Shown: piece after piece, positions 44,901 through 60,400 of the stretch
How the letters are laid out: every line of letters starts with the position of its first letter
Position numbering within the stretch: the first letter of the stretch is position 1
Source: the human T2T-CHM13v2.0 reference genome, Homo sapiens
Direction: 5' to 3' (one strand)
Assembly: GCF_009914755.1 (NCBI RefSeq)
Contig: NC_060925.1
Length of the DNA: 64,000 nucleotides
Translations under genes and position numbers: made by a program
The notes under the pieces: model-generated
Databases searched by the model: none
What the model was told of the DNA's origin: nothing
What the model saw: the letters and a program-made list of their open reading frames with translations, nothing else

Positions 44901-45420
44901 GGAATCATTATCAAATGGAATGGAATGGAATCACCGAATAGAATCGAATGGAACAATCATCGAATGGACTCAAATGGAATTATCCTCCAATGGAATCGAA
45001 TGGAATTATCGAATGCAATCGAATGGAATTATCGAATGCAATCGAATATAATGATCGAATGGACTCGAATGGAATCATCGAATGGAATGGAATGGAACAG
45101 TCAATGAACTCGAATGGAATCATCATTGAATGGAATCGAATGGAATCATCGAGTGGAATCGAATGGAATTATGATCAAATTGCAATCGAATGTAATCCTC
45201 ATCAAATGGAATCAAAAATAACCATCATCAATTGGTATTGAATGGAATTGTCATCAAATGGAATTCAAAGGAATCATCATCAAATGGAACCGAATGGAAT
45301 CCTCATTGAATGGAAATGAAAGGGGTCATCATCTAATGGAATCGCATGGAATCATCATCAAATGGAATCGAATGGAATCATCATCAAATGGAATCTAATG
45401 GAATCATTGAACAGAATTGA
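32988..45420 (+). repeat. Run of seven canonical 1776-bp units (last 1777 bp)
   Basis: A starts 32988, 34764, 36540, 38316, 40092, 41868, 43644, next 45421. Confidence 0.92.
38316..43690 (+). repeat. Three near-identical tandem 1776-bp units
   Basis: Around a dozen variants recur at exact 1776 spacing (CGAAAGGAATC, GGAGTAATC, CATCACCGAA, GAATTTAATG, GGTCTGGATT, AATGTTATC, CAAGTGG); ORF translations are identical across copies apart from one residue in the first. Confidence 0.9.
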
Positions 45421-48400
45421 ATGGAATCGTCATCGAATGAATTGAATGCAATCATCGAATGGTCTCGAATGGAATCATCTTCTAATGGAAAGGAATGGAA
45501 TCATCGCATAGAATCGAATGGAATTATCATCGAATGGAATCGAATGGTATCAACACCAAACGGAAAAAAACGGAATTATCGAATGGAATCGAAGAGAATC
45601 TTCGAACGGACCCGAATGGAATCATCTAATGGAATGGAATGGAATAATCCATGGACTCGAATGCCATCATCATCGAATGGAATGGAATGGAATCATCGAA
45701 TGGACTCGAATGGAATAATCATTGAACGGAATCGAATGGAATCATCATCGGATGGAAACGAATGGAATCATCATCGAATGGAAATGAAAGGAGTCATCAT
45801 CTAATGGAATTGCATGGAATCATCATAAAATGGAATCGAATGGAATCAACATCAAATGGAATCAAATGGAATCATTGAACGGAATTGAATGGAATCGTCA
45901 TCGAATGAATTGACTGCAATCATCGAATGGTCTCGAATGGAATCATCTTCAAATGGAATGGAATGGAATCATCGCATAGAATCGAATGGAATTATCATCG
46001 AATGGAATCGAATGGTATCAACATCAAACGGAAAAAAACGGAATTATCGAATGGAATCGAAGAGAATCTTCGAACGGACCCGAATGGAATCATCTAATGG
46101 AATGGAATGGAATAATCCATGGACTCGAATGCAATCATCATCGAATGGAATCGAATGGAATCATCGAATGGACTCGAATGGAATAATCATTGAACGGAAT
46201 CGAATGGAATCATCATCGGATGGAAACGAATGGAATCATCATCGAATGGAAATGAAAGGAGTCATCATCTAATGGAATTGCATGGAATCATCATAAAATG
46301 GAATCGAATGGAATCAACATCAAATGGAATCAAATGGAATCATTGAACGGAATTGAATGGAATCGTCATCGAATGAATTGACTGCAATCATCGAATGGTC
46401 TCGAATGGAATCATCTTCAAATGGAATGGAATGGAATCATCGCATAGAATCGAATGGAATTATCATCGAATGGAATCGAATGGAATCAACATCAAACGGA
46501 AAAAAACGGAATTATCGAATGGAATCGAAGAGAATCATCGAATGGACCCGAATGGAATCATCTAATGGAATTAAATGGAATAATCCATGGACTCGAATGC
46601 AATCATCATCGAATGGAATCGAATGGAATCATCGAATGGACTCGAATGGAATAATCATTGAACGGAATCGAATGGAATCATCATCGGATGGAAATGAATG
46701 GAATCATCATCGAATGGAATCGAATAGAATTATGGAATGAAATACAGTGTGATCATCATCGAATGGACCCGAATGGAATCATCATCCAACGGAAGCTAAT
46801 GGAATCAACATCGAATGAATCGAATGGAAACACCATCGAATTGAAACGAATGGAATTATCATGAAATTGAAATGGATGGACTCATCATCGAATGGATTCG
46901 AATGGAATCATCGAATAAAATTGATTGAAATCATCATCAAATGGAATCGAATGGTATCATTGAATGGAATCGAATGGAATCATCATCAGATGGAAATGAA
47001 TGGAATCGTCATAGAATGGAATCGAATGGATTCATTGAATGGAATCAGATGGAATCATCGAATGGACTGGAATGGAATCATTGAATGGACTCGAAAGGGA
47101 TCATTATTGAATGGAATTGAATGGAATCATCGAATGGTCTCGATTGGAATCATTATCAAATGGAATGGAATGGAATCACCGAATAGAATCGAATGGAACA
47201 ATCATCGAATGGACTCAAATGGAATTATCCTCCAATGGAATCGAATGGAATTATCGAATGCAATCGAATGGAATTATCGAATGCAATCGAATAGAATCAT
47301 CGAATGGACTCGAATGGAATCATCGAATGGAATGGAATGGAACAGTCAATGAACTCGAATGGAATCATCATTGAATGGAATCGAATGGAATCATCGAGTG
47401 GAATCGAATGGAATTATGATCAAATGGAATCGAATGTAATCCTCATCAAATGGAATCAAAAATAACCATCATCAATTGGTATTGAATGGAATTGTCATCA
47501 AATGGAATTCAAAGGAATCATCATCAAATGGAACCGAATGGAATCCTCATTGAATGGAAATGAAAGGGGTCATCATCTAATGGAATCGCATGGAATCATC
47601 ATCAAATGGAATCGAATGGAATCATCATCAAATGGAATCTAACGGAATCATTGAACAGAATTGAATGGAATCGTCATCGAATGAATTGAATGCAATCATC
47701 GAATGGTCTCGAATGGAATCATCTTCTAATGGAAAGGAATGGAATCATCGCATAGAATCGAATGGAATTATCATCGAATGGAATCGAATGGTATCAACAC
47801 CAAACGGAAAAAAACGGAATTATCGAATGGAATCGAAGAGAATCTTCGAACGGACCCGAATGGAATCATCTAATGGAATGGAATGGAATAATCCATGGAC
47901 TCGAATGCAATCATCATCGAATGGAATGGAATGGAATCATCGAATGGACTCGAATGGAATAATCATTGAACGGAATCGAATGGAATCATCATCGGATGGA
48001 AACGAATGGAATCATCATCGAATGGAAATGAAAGGAGTCATCATCTAATGGAATTGCATGGAATCATCATAAAATGGAATCGAATGGAATCAACATCAAA
48101 TGGAATCAAATGGAATCATTGAACGGAATTGAATGAAATCGTCATCGAATGAATTGAATGCAATCATCGAATGGTCTCGAATGGAATCATCTTCAAATGG
48201 AATGGAATGGAATCATCGCATAGAATCGAATGGAATTATCATCGAATGGAATCGAATGGAATCAACATCAAACGGAAAAAAAAGTAATTATCGAATGGAA
48301 TCCAAGAGAATCATCGAATGGACCCGAATGGAATCATCTAATGGAATGGAATGGAATAATCCATGGACTCGAATGCAATCATCATCGAATGGAATCGAAT

Positions 48401-51400
48401 GGAATCATCGAATGGACTCGAATGGAATAATCATTGAACGGAATCGAATGGAATCATCATCGGATGGAAATGAATGGAATCATCATCGAATGGAATCGAA
48501 TAGAATTATGGAATGAAATCCAGTGTGATCATCATCGAATGGACCCGAATGGAATCATCATCCAACGGAAGCTAATGGAATCAACATCGAATGAATCAAA
48601 TGGAAACACCATCGAATTGAAACGAATGGAATTATCATGAAATTGAAATGGATGGACTCATCATCGAATGGATTCGAATGGAATCATCGAATAAAATTGA
48701 TTGAAATCATCATCGAATGGAATCGAATGGTATCATTGAATGGAATCGAATGGAATCATCATCAGATGGAAATGAATGGAATCGTCATAGAATGGAATCG
48801 AATGGATTCATTGAATGGAATCAGATGGAATCATCGAATGGACTGGAATGGAATCATTGAATGGACTCGAAAGGGATCATGATTGAATGGAATTGAATGG
48901 AATCATCGAATGGTCTCGATTGGAATCATTATCAAATGGAATCGAATGGAATCACCGAATAGAATCGAATGGAACAATCATCGAATGGACTCAAATGGAA
49001 TTATCCTCAAATGGAATCGAATGGAATTATCGAATGCAATCGAATGGAATTATCGAATGCAATCGAATAGAATCATCGAATGGACTCGAATGGAATCATC
49101 GAATGGAATGGAATGGAACAGTCAATGAACTCGAATGGAATCATCATTGAATGGAATCGAATGGAATCATCGAGTGGAATCGAATGGAATTATGATCAAA
49201 TGGAATCGAATGTTATCATCATCAAATGGAATCAAAAATAACCATCATCAATTGGTATTGAATGGAATTGTCATCAAATGGAATTCAAAGGAATCATCAT
49301 CAAATGGAACCGAATGGAATCCTCATTGAATGGAAATGAAAGGGGTCATCATCTAATGGAATCGCATGGAATCATCATCAAATGGAATCGAATGGAATCA
49401 TCATCAAATGGAATCTAATGGAATCATTGAACAGAATTGAATGGAATCGTCATCGAATGAATTGAATGCAATCATCGAATGGTCTCGAATGGAATCATCT
49501 TCTAATGGAAAGGAATGGAATCATCGCATAGAATCGAATGGAATTATCATCGAATGGAATCGAATGGTATCAACACCAAACGGAAAAAAACGGAATTATC
49601 GAATGGAATCGAAGAGAATCTTCGAACGGACCCGAATGGAATCATCTAATGGAATGGAATGGAATAATCCATGGACTCGAATGCAATCAAAATCGAATGG
49701 AATCGAATGGAATCATCGAATGGACTCGAATGGAATAATCATTGAACGGAATCGAATGGAATCATCATCGGATGGAAACGAATGGAATCATCATCGAATG
49801 GAAATGAAAGGAGTCATCATCTAATGGAATCGCATGGAATCATCATAAAATGGAATCGAATGGAATCAACATCAAATGGAATCAAATGGAATCATTGAAC
49901 GGAATTGAATGGAATCGTCATCGAATGAATTGACTGCAATCATCCAATGGTCTCGAATGGAATCATCTTCAAATGGAATGGAATGGAATCATCGCATAGA
50001 ATCGAATGGAATTATCATCGAATGGAATCGAATGGAATCAACATCAAACGGAAAAAAACGGAATTATCGAATGGAATCGAAGAGAATCATCGAATGGACC
50101 CGAATGGAATCATCTAATGGAATGGAATGGAATAATCCATGGACTCGAATGCAATCATCATCGAATGGAATCAAATGGAATCATCGAATGGACTCGAATG
50201 GAATAATCATTGAACGGAATCGAATGGAATCGTCATCGGATGGAAATGAATGGAATCATCATCGAATGGAATCGAATAGAATTATGGAATGAAATCCAGT
50301 GTGATCATCATCGAATGGACCCGAATGGAATCATCATCCAACGGAAGCTAATGGAATCAACATCGAATTAATCAAATGGAAACACCATCGAATTGAAACG
50401 AATGGAATTATCATGAAATTGAAATGGATGGACTCATCATCGAATGGATTCGAATGGAATCATCGAATAAAATTGATTGAAATCATCATCCAATGGAATC
50501 GAATGGTATCATTGAATGGAATCGAATGGAATCATCATCAGATGGAAATGAATGGAATCGTCATAGAATGGAATCGAATGGATTCATTGAATGGAATCAG
50601 ATGGACTCATCGAATGGACTGGAATGGAATCATTGAATGGACTCGAAAGGGATCATTATTGAATGGAATTGAATGGAATCATCGAATGGTCTCGATTGGA
50701 ATCATTATCAAATGGAATCGAATGGAATCACCGAATAGAATCGAATGGAACAATCATCGAATGGACTCAAATGGAATTATCCTCAAATGGAATCGAATGG
50801 AATTATCGAATGCAATCGAATGGAATTATCGAATGCAATCGAATATAATGATCGAATGGACTCGAATGGAATCATCGAATGGAATGGAATGGAACAGTCA
50901 ATGAACTCGAATGGAATCATCATTGAATGGAATCGAATGGAATCATCGAGTGGAATCGAATGGAATTATGATCAAATTGCAATCGAATGTAATCCTCATC
51001 AAATGGAATCAAAAATAACCATCATCAATTGGTATTGAATGGAATTGTCATCAAATGGAATTCAAAGGAATCATCATCAAATGGAACCGAATGGAATCCT
51101 CATTGAATGGAAATGAAAGGGGTCATCATCTAATGGAATCGCATGGAATCATCATCAAATGGAATCGAATGGAATCATCATCAAATGGAATCTAATGGAA
51201 TCATTGAACAGAATTGAATGGAATCGTCATCGAATGAATTGAATGCAATCATCGAATGGTCTCGAATGGAATCATCTTCTAATGGAAAGGAATGGAATCA
51301 TCGCATAGAATCGAATGGAATTATCATCGAATGGAATCGAATGGTATCAACACCAAACGGAAAAAAACGGAATTATCGAATGGAATCGAAGAGAATCTTC

Positions 51401-54400
51401 GAACGGACCCGAATGGAATCATCTAATGGAATGGAATGGAATAATCCATGGACTCGAATGCAATCATCATCGAATGGAATCGAATGGAATCATCGAATGG
51501 ACTCGAATGGAATAATCATTGAACGGAATCGAATGGAATCATCATCGGATGGAAACGAATGGAATCATCATCGAATGGAAATGAAAGGAGTCATCATCTA
51601 ATGGAATTGCATGGAATCATCATCAAATGGAATCGAATGGAATCAACATCAAATGGAATCAAATGGAATCATTGAACGGAATTGAATGGAATCGTCATCG
51701 AATGAATTGACTGCAATCATCGAATGGTCTCGAATGGAATCAACTTCAAATGGAATGGAATGGAATCATCGCATAGAATCGAATGGAATTATCATCGAAT
51801 GGAATCGAATGGAATCAACATCAAACGGAAAAAAACGGAATTATCGAATGGAATCGAAGAGAATCATCGAATGGACCCGAATGGAATCATCTAATGGAAT
51901 GGAATGGAATAATCCATGGACTCGAATGCAATCATCATTGAATGGAATCGAATGGAATCATCGAATGGACTCGAATGGAATAATCATTGAACGGAATCGA
52001 ATGGAATCATCATCGGATGGAAATGAATGGAATCATCATCGAATGGAATCGAATAGAATTATGGAATGAAATCCAGTGTGATCATCATCGAATGGACCCG
52101 AATGGAATCATCATCCAACGGAAGCTAATGGAATCAACATCGAATGAATCGAATGGAAACACCATCGAATTGAAACGAATGGAATTATCATGAAATTGAA
52201 ATGGATGGACTCATCATCGAATGGATTCGAATGGAATCATCGAATAAAATTGATTGAAATCATCATCGAATGGAATCGAATGGTATCATTGAATGGAATC
52301 GAATGGAATCATCATCAGATGGAAATGAATGGAATCGTCATAGAATGGAATCGAATGGATTCATTGAATGGAATCAGATGGAATCATCGAATGGACTGGA
52401 ATGGAATCATTGAATGGACTCGAAAGGGATCATTATTGAATGGAATTGAATGGAATCATCGAATGGTCTCGATTGGAATCATTATCAAATGGAATGGAAT
52501 GGAATCACCGAATAGAATCGAATGGAACAATCATCGAATGGACTCAAATGGAATTATCCTCCAATGGAATCGAATGGAATTATCGAATGCAATCGAATGG
52601 AATTATCGAATGCAATCGAATAGAATCATCGAATGGACTCGAATGGAATCATCGAATGGAATGGAATGGAACAGTCAATGAACTCGAATGGAATCATCAT
52701 TGAATGGAATCGAATGGAATGATCGAGTGGAATCGAAAGAAATTATGATCAAATGGAGGCGAACGTAATCATCATCAAATGGAATCAAAAATAACCATCA
52801 TCAATTGGTATTGAATGGAATTGTCATCAAATGGAATTCAAAGGAATCATCATCAAATGGAACCGAATGGAATCCTCATTGAATGGAAATGAAAGGGGTC
52901 ATCATCTAATGGAATCGCATGGAATCATCATCAAATGGAATCGAATGGAATCATCATCAAATGGAATCTAATGGAATCATTGAACAGAATTGAATGGAAT
53001 CGTCATCGAATGAATTGAATGCAATCATCGAATGGTCTCGAATGGAATCATCTTCTAATGGAAAGGAATGGAATATTCGCATAGAATCGAATGGAATTAT
53101 CATCGAATGGAATCGAATGGTATCAACACCAAACGGAAAAAAACGGAATTATCGAATGGAATCGAAGAGAATCTTCGAACGGACCCGAATGGAATCATCT
53201 AATGGAATGGAATGGAATAATCCATGGACTCGAATGCAATCATCATCGAATGGAATGGAATGGAATCATCGAATGGACTCGAATGGAATAATCATTGAAC
53301 GGAATCGAATGGAATCATCATCGGATGGAAACGAATGGAATCATCATCGAATGGAAATGAAAGGAGTCATCATCTAATGGAATTGCATGGAATCATCATA
53401 AAATGGAATCGAATGGAATCAACATCAAATGGAATCAAATGGAATCATTGAACGGAATTGAATGGAATCGTCATCGAATGAATTGACTGCAATCATCGAA
53501 TGGTCTCGAATGGAATCATCTTCAAATGGAATGGAATGGAATCATCGCATAGAATCGAATGGAATTATCATCGAATGGAATCGAATGGAATCAACATCAA
53601 ACGGAAAAAAACGGAATTATCGAATGGAATCGAAGAGAATCATCGAATGGACCCGAATGGAATCATCTAATGGAATGGAATGGAATAATCCATGGACTCG
53701 AATGCAATCATCATCGAATGGAATCGAATGGAATCATCGAATGGACTCGAATGGAATAATCATTGAACGGAATCGAATGGAATCATCATCGGATGGAAAT
53801 GAATGGAATCATCATCGAATGGAATCGAATAGAATTATGGAATGAAATCCAGTGTGATCATCATCGAATGGACCCGAATGGAATCATCATCCAACGGAAG
53901 CTAATGGAATCAACATCGAATGAATCGAATGGAAACACCATCGAATTGAAACGAATGGAATTATCATGAAATTGAAATGGATGGACTCATCATCGAATGG
54001 ATTCGAATGGAATCATCGAATAAAATTGATTGAAATCATCATCCAATGGAATCGAATGGTATCATTGAATGGAATCGAATGGAATCATCATCAGATGGAA
54101 ATGAATGGAATCGTCATAGAATGGAATCGAATGGATTCATTGAATGGAATCAGATGGAATCATCGAATGGACTGGAATGGAATCATTGAATGGACTCGAA
54201 AGGGATCATGATTGAATGGAATTGAATGGAATCATCGAATGGTCTCGATTGGAATCATTATCAAATGGAATGGAATGGAATCACCGAATAGAATCGAATG
54301 GAACAATCATCGAATGGACTCAAATGGAATTATCCTCAAATGGAATCGAATGGAATTATCGAATGCAATCGAATGGAATTATCGAATGCAATCGAATAGA

Positions 54401-57400
54401 ATCATCGAATGGACTCGAATGGAATCATCGAATGGAATGGAATGGAACAGTCAATGAACTCGAATGGAATCATCATTGAATGGAATCGAATGGAAACATC
54501 GAGTGGAATCGAATGGAATTATGATCAAATGGAATCGAATGTAATCCTCATCAAATGGAATCAAAAATAACCATCATCAATTGGTATTGAATGGAATTGT
54601 CATCAAATGGAATTCAAAGGAATCATCATCAAATGGAACCGAATGGAATCCTCATTGAATGGAAATGAAAGGGGTCATCATCTAATGGAATCGCATGGAA
54701 TCATCATCAAATGGAATCGAATGGAATCATCATCAAATGGAATCTAATGGAATCATTGAACAGAATTGAATGGAATCGTCATCGAATGAATTGAATGCAA
54801 TCATCGAATGGTCTCGAATGGAATCATCTTCTAATGGAAAGGAATGGAATCATCGCATAGAATCGAATGGAATTATCATCGAATGGAATCGAATGGAATC
54901 AACATCAAACGGAAAAAAACGGAATTATCGAATGGAATCGAAGAGAATCATCGAATGGACCCGAATGGAATCATCTAATGGAATGGAATGGAATAATCCA
55001 TGGACTCGAATGCAATCATCATCGAATGGAATCGAATGGAATCATCGAATGGACTCGAATGGAATAATCATTGAACGGAATCGAATGGAATCATCATCGG
55101 ATGGAAATGAATGGAATCATCATCGAATGGAATCGAATAGAATTATGGAATGAAATCCAGTGTGATCATCATCGAATGGACCCGAATGGAATCATCATCC
55201 AACGGAAGCTAATGGAATCAACATCGAATGAATCGAATGGAAACACCATCGAATTGAAACGAATGGAATTATCATGAAATTGAAATGGATGGACTCATCA
55301 TCGAATGGATTCGAATGGAATCATCGAATAAAATTGATTGAAATCATCATCGAATGGAATCGAATGGTATCATTGAATGGAATCGAATGGAATCATCATC
55401 AGATGGAAATGAATGGAATCGTCATAGAATGGAATCGAATGGATTCATTGAATGGAATCAGATGGAATCATCGAATGGACTGGAATGGAATCATTGAATG
55501 GACTCGAAAGGGATCATTATTGAATGGAATTGAATGGAATCATCGAATAGTCTCGATTGGAATCATTATCAAATGGAATCGAATGGAATCACCGAATAGA
55601 ATCGAATGGAACAATCATCGAATGGACTCAAATGGAATTATCCTCCAATGGAATCGAATGGAATTATCGAATGCAATCGAATGGAATTATCGAATGCAAT
55701 CGAATAGAATCATCGAATGGACTCGAATGGAATCATCGAATGGAATGGAATGGAACAGTCAATGAACTCGAATGGAATCATCATTGAATGGAATCGAATG
55801 GAATCATCGAGTGGAATCGAATGGAATTATGATCAAATGGAATCGAATGTAATCCTCATCAAATGGAATCAAAAATAACCATCATCAATTGGTATTGAAT
55901 GGAATTGTCATCAAATGGAATTCAAAGGAATCATCATCAAATGGAACCGAATGGAATCCTCATTGAATGGAAATGAAAGGGGTCATCATCTAATGGAATC
56001 GCATGGAATCATCATCAAATGGAATCGAATGGAATCATCATCAAATGGAATCTAATGGAATCATTGAACAGAATTGAATGGAATCGTCATCGAATGAATT
56101 GAATGCAATCATCGAATGGTCTCGAATGGAATCATCTTCTAATGGAAAGGAATGGAATCATCGCATAGAATCGAATGGAATTATCATCGAATGGAATCGA
56201 ATGGTATCAACACCAAACGGAAAAAAACGGAATTATCGAATGGAATCGAAGAGAATCTTCGAACGGACCCGAATGGAATCATCTAATGGAATGGAATGGA
56301 ATAATCCATGGACTCGAATGCAATCATCATCGAATGGAATCGAATGGAATCATCGAATGGACTCGAATGGAATAATCATTGAACGGAATCGAATGGAATC
56401 ATCATCGGATGGAAACGAATGGAATCATCATCGAATGGAAATGAAAGGAGTCATCATCTAATGGAATTGCATGGAATCATCATAAAATGGAATCGAATGG
56501 AATCAACATCAAATGGAATCAAATGGAATCATTGAACGGAATTGAATGAAATCGTCATCGAATGAATTGACTGCAATCATCGAATGGTCTCGAATGGAAT
56601 CATCTTCAAATGGAATGGAATGGAATCATCGCATAGAATCGAATGGAATTATCATCGAATGGAATCGAATGGAATCAACATCAAACGGAAAAAAAAGTAA
56701 TTATCGAATGGAATCGAAGAGAATCATCGAATGGACCCGAATGGAATCATCTAATGGAATGGAATGGAATAATCCATGGACTCGAATGCAATCATCATCG
56801 AATGGAATCGAATGTAATCATCGAATGGACTCGAATGGAATAATCATTGAACGGAATCGAATGGAATCATCATCGGATGGAAATGAATGGAATCATCATC
56901 GAATGGAATCGAATAGAATTATGGAATGAAATCCAGTGTGATCATCATCGAATGGACCCGAATGGAATCATCATCCAACGGAAGCTAATGGAATCAACAT
57001 CGAATGAATCAAATGGAAACACCATCGAATTGAAACGAATGGAATTACCATGAAATTGAAATGGATGGACTCATCATCAAATGGATTCGAGTGGAATCAT
57101 CGAATAAAATTGATTGAAATCATCATCGAATGGAATCGAATGGTATCATTGAATGGAATCGAATGGAATCATCATCAGATGGAAATGAAAGGAATCGTCA
57201 TAGAATGGAATCGAATGGATTCATTGAATGGAATCAGATGGAATCATTGAATGGACTGGAATGGAATCATTGAATGGACTCGAAAGGGATCATGATTGAA
57301 TGGAATTGAATGGAATCATCGAATGGTCTCGATTGGAATCATTATCAAATGGAATCGAATGGAATCACCGAATAGAATCGAATGGAACAATCATCTAATG

Positions 57401-60400
57401 GACTCAAATGGAATTATCCTCAAATGGAATCGAATGGAATTATCGAATGCAATCGAATGGAATTATCGAATGCAATCGAAGAGAATCATCGAATGGACTC
57501 GAATGGAATCATCGAATGGAATGGAATGGAACAGTCAATGAACTCGAATGGAATCATCATTGAATGGAATCGAATGGAATCATCGAGTGGAATCGAATGG
57601 AATTATGATCAAATGGAATCGAATGTAATCATCATCAAATGGAATCAAAAATAACCATCATCAATTGGTATTGAATGGAATTCTCATCAAATGGAATTCA
57701 AAGGAATCATCATCAAATGGAACCGAATGGAATCCTCATTGAATGGAAATGAAAGGGGTCATCATCTAATGGAATCGCATGGAATCATCATCAAATGGAA
57801 TCGAATGGAATCAACATCAAATGGAATCTAATGGAATCATTGAACGGAATTGAATGGAATCGTCATCGAATGAATTGAATGCAATCATCGAATGGTCTCG
57901 AATGGAATCATCTTCAAATGGAATGGAATGGAATCATCGCATAGAATCGAATGGAATTATCATCGAATGGAATCGAATGGAATCAACATCAAACGGAAAA
58001 AAACGGAATTATCGAATGGAATCGAAGAGAATCATCGAATGGACCCGAATGTTATCATCTAATGGAATGGAATGGAATAATCCATGGACTCGAATGCAAT
58101 CATCATCGAATGGAATCGAATGGAATCATCGAATGGACTCGAATGGAATAATCATTGAACGGAATCGAATGGAATCATCATCGGATGGAAACGAATGGAA
58201 TCATCATCGAATGGAATCGAATAGATTTATGGAATGAAATCCAGTGTGATCATCATCGAATGGACCCGAATGGAATCATCATCCAACGGAAGCTAATGGA
58301 ATCAACATCGAATGAATGAAATGGAAACACCATCGAATTGAAACGAATGGAATTACCATGAAATTGAAATGGATGGACTCATCATCAAATGGATTCGAAT
58401 GGAATCATCGAATAAAATTGATTGAAATCATCATCGAATGGAATCGAAAGGTATCATTGAATGGAATCGAATGGAATCATCATCAGATGGAAATGAATGG
58501 AATCGTCATAGAATGGAATCGAATGGATTCATTGAATGGAATCAGATGGAATCAATGAATGGACTGGAATGGAATCATTGAATGGACTCGAAAGGGATCA
58601 TTATTGAATGGAATTGAATGGAATCATCGAATGGTCTCGATTGGAATCATTATCAAATGGAATCGAATGGAATCACCGAATAGAATCGAATGGAACAATC
58701 ATCGAATGGACTCAAATGGAATTATCCTCAAATGGAATCGAATAGAATCATCGAAAGGACTCGAATGGAATCATCGAATGGAATGGAATGGAACAGTCAA
58801 TGAACTCGAATGGAATCATCATTGAATGGAATCGAATGGAATCATCGAGTGGAATCGAAAGGAATTATGACCAAATGGAATCGAATGTAATCATCATCAA
58901 ATGGAATCAAAAATAACCATCATCAATTGGTATTGAATGGAATTGTCATCAAATGGAATTCAAAGGAATCATCATCAAATGGAACCGAATGGAATCCTCA
59001 TTGAATGGAAATGAAAGGGGTCATCATCTAATGGAATCGCATGGAATCATCATCAAATGGAATCGAATGGAATCATCATCAAATGGAATCAAATGGAATC
59101 ATTGAACAGAATTGAATGGAATGGTCATCGAATGAGTTGAATGCAATCATCGAATTGTCTCGAATGGAATCATCTTCTAATGGAAAGGAATGGAATCATC
59201 GCATAGAATCGAATGGAATTATCATCGAATGGAATCGAATGGTATCAACACCAAACGGAAAAAAACGGAATTATCGAATGGAATCGAAGAGAATCTTCGA
59301 ACGGACCCGAATGGAATCATCTAATGGAATGGAATGGAATAATCCATGGACTCGAATGCAATCATCATCGAATGGAATCGAATGGAATCATCGAATGGAC
59401 TCGAATGGAATAATCATTGAACGGAATCGAATGGAATCATCATCGGATGGAAACGAATGGAATCATCATCGAATGGAAATGAAAGGAGTCATCATCTAAT
59501 GGAATTGCATGGAATCATCATAAAATGGAATCGAATGGAATCAACATCAAATGGAATCAAATGGAATCATTGAACGGAATTGAATGGAATCGTCATCGAA
59601 TGAATTGAATGCAATCATCGAATGGTCTCGAATGGAATCATCTTCAAATGGAATGGAATGGAATCATCGCATAGAATCGAATGGAATTATCATCGAATGG
59701 AATCGAATGGAATCAACATCAAACGGAAAAAAACGGAATTATCGAATGGAATCGAAGAGAATCATCGAATGGACCCGAATGGAATCATCTAATGGAATGG
59801 AATGGAATAATCCATGGACTCGAATGCAATCATCATCGAATGGAATCGAATGGAATCATCGAATGGACTCGAATGGAATAATCATTGAACGGAATCGAAT
59901 GGAATCAATATCGGATGGAAATGAAAGGAGTCATCATCTAATGGAATTGCATGGAATCATCATAAAATGGAATCGAATGGAATCAACATCAAATGGAATC
60001 AAATGGAATCATTGAACGGAATTGAATGGAATCGTCATCGAATGAATTGAAAGCAATCATCGAATGGTCTCGAATGGAATCATCTTCAAATGGAATGGAA
60101 TGGAATCATCGCATAGAATCGAATGGAATTATCATCGAATGGAATCGAATGGAATCAACATCAAACGGAAAAAAACGGAATTATCGAATGGAATCGAAGA
60201 GAATCATCGAATGGACCCGAATGGAATCATCTAATGGAATGGAATGGAATAATCCATGGACTCGAATGCAATCATCATCGAATGGAATCGAATGGAATCA
60301 TCCAATGGACTCGAATGGAATAATCATTGAACGGAATCGAATGGAATCATCATCGGATGCAAATGAATGGAATCATCATCGAATGGAATCGAATAGAATT

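Noticed and set aside
35736-55765. Longer 163-aa ORFs in some units
   Set aside because: Caused by a single segregating CATGATTG/CATTATTG variant that removes a stop; no sign of coding selection.
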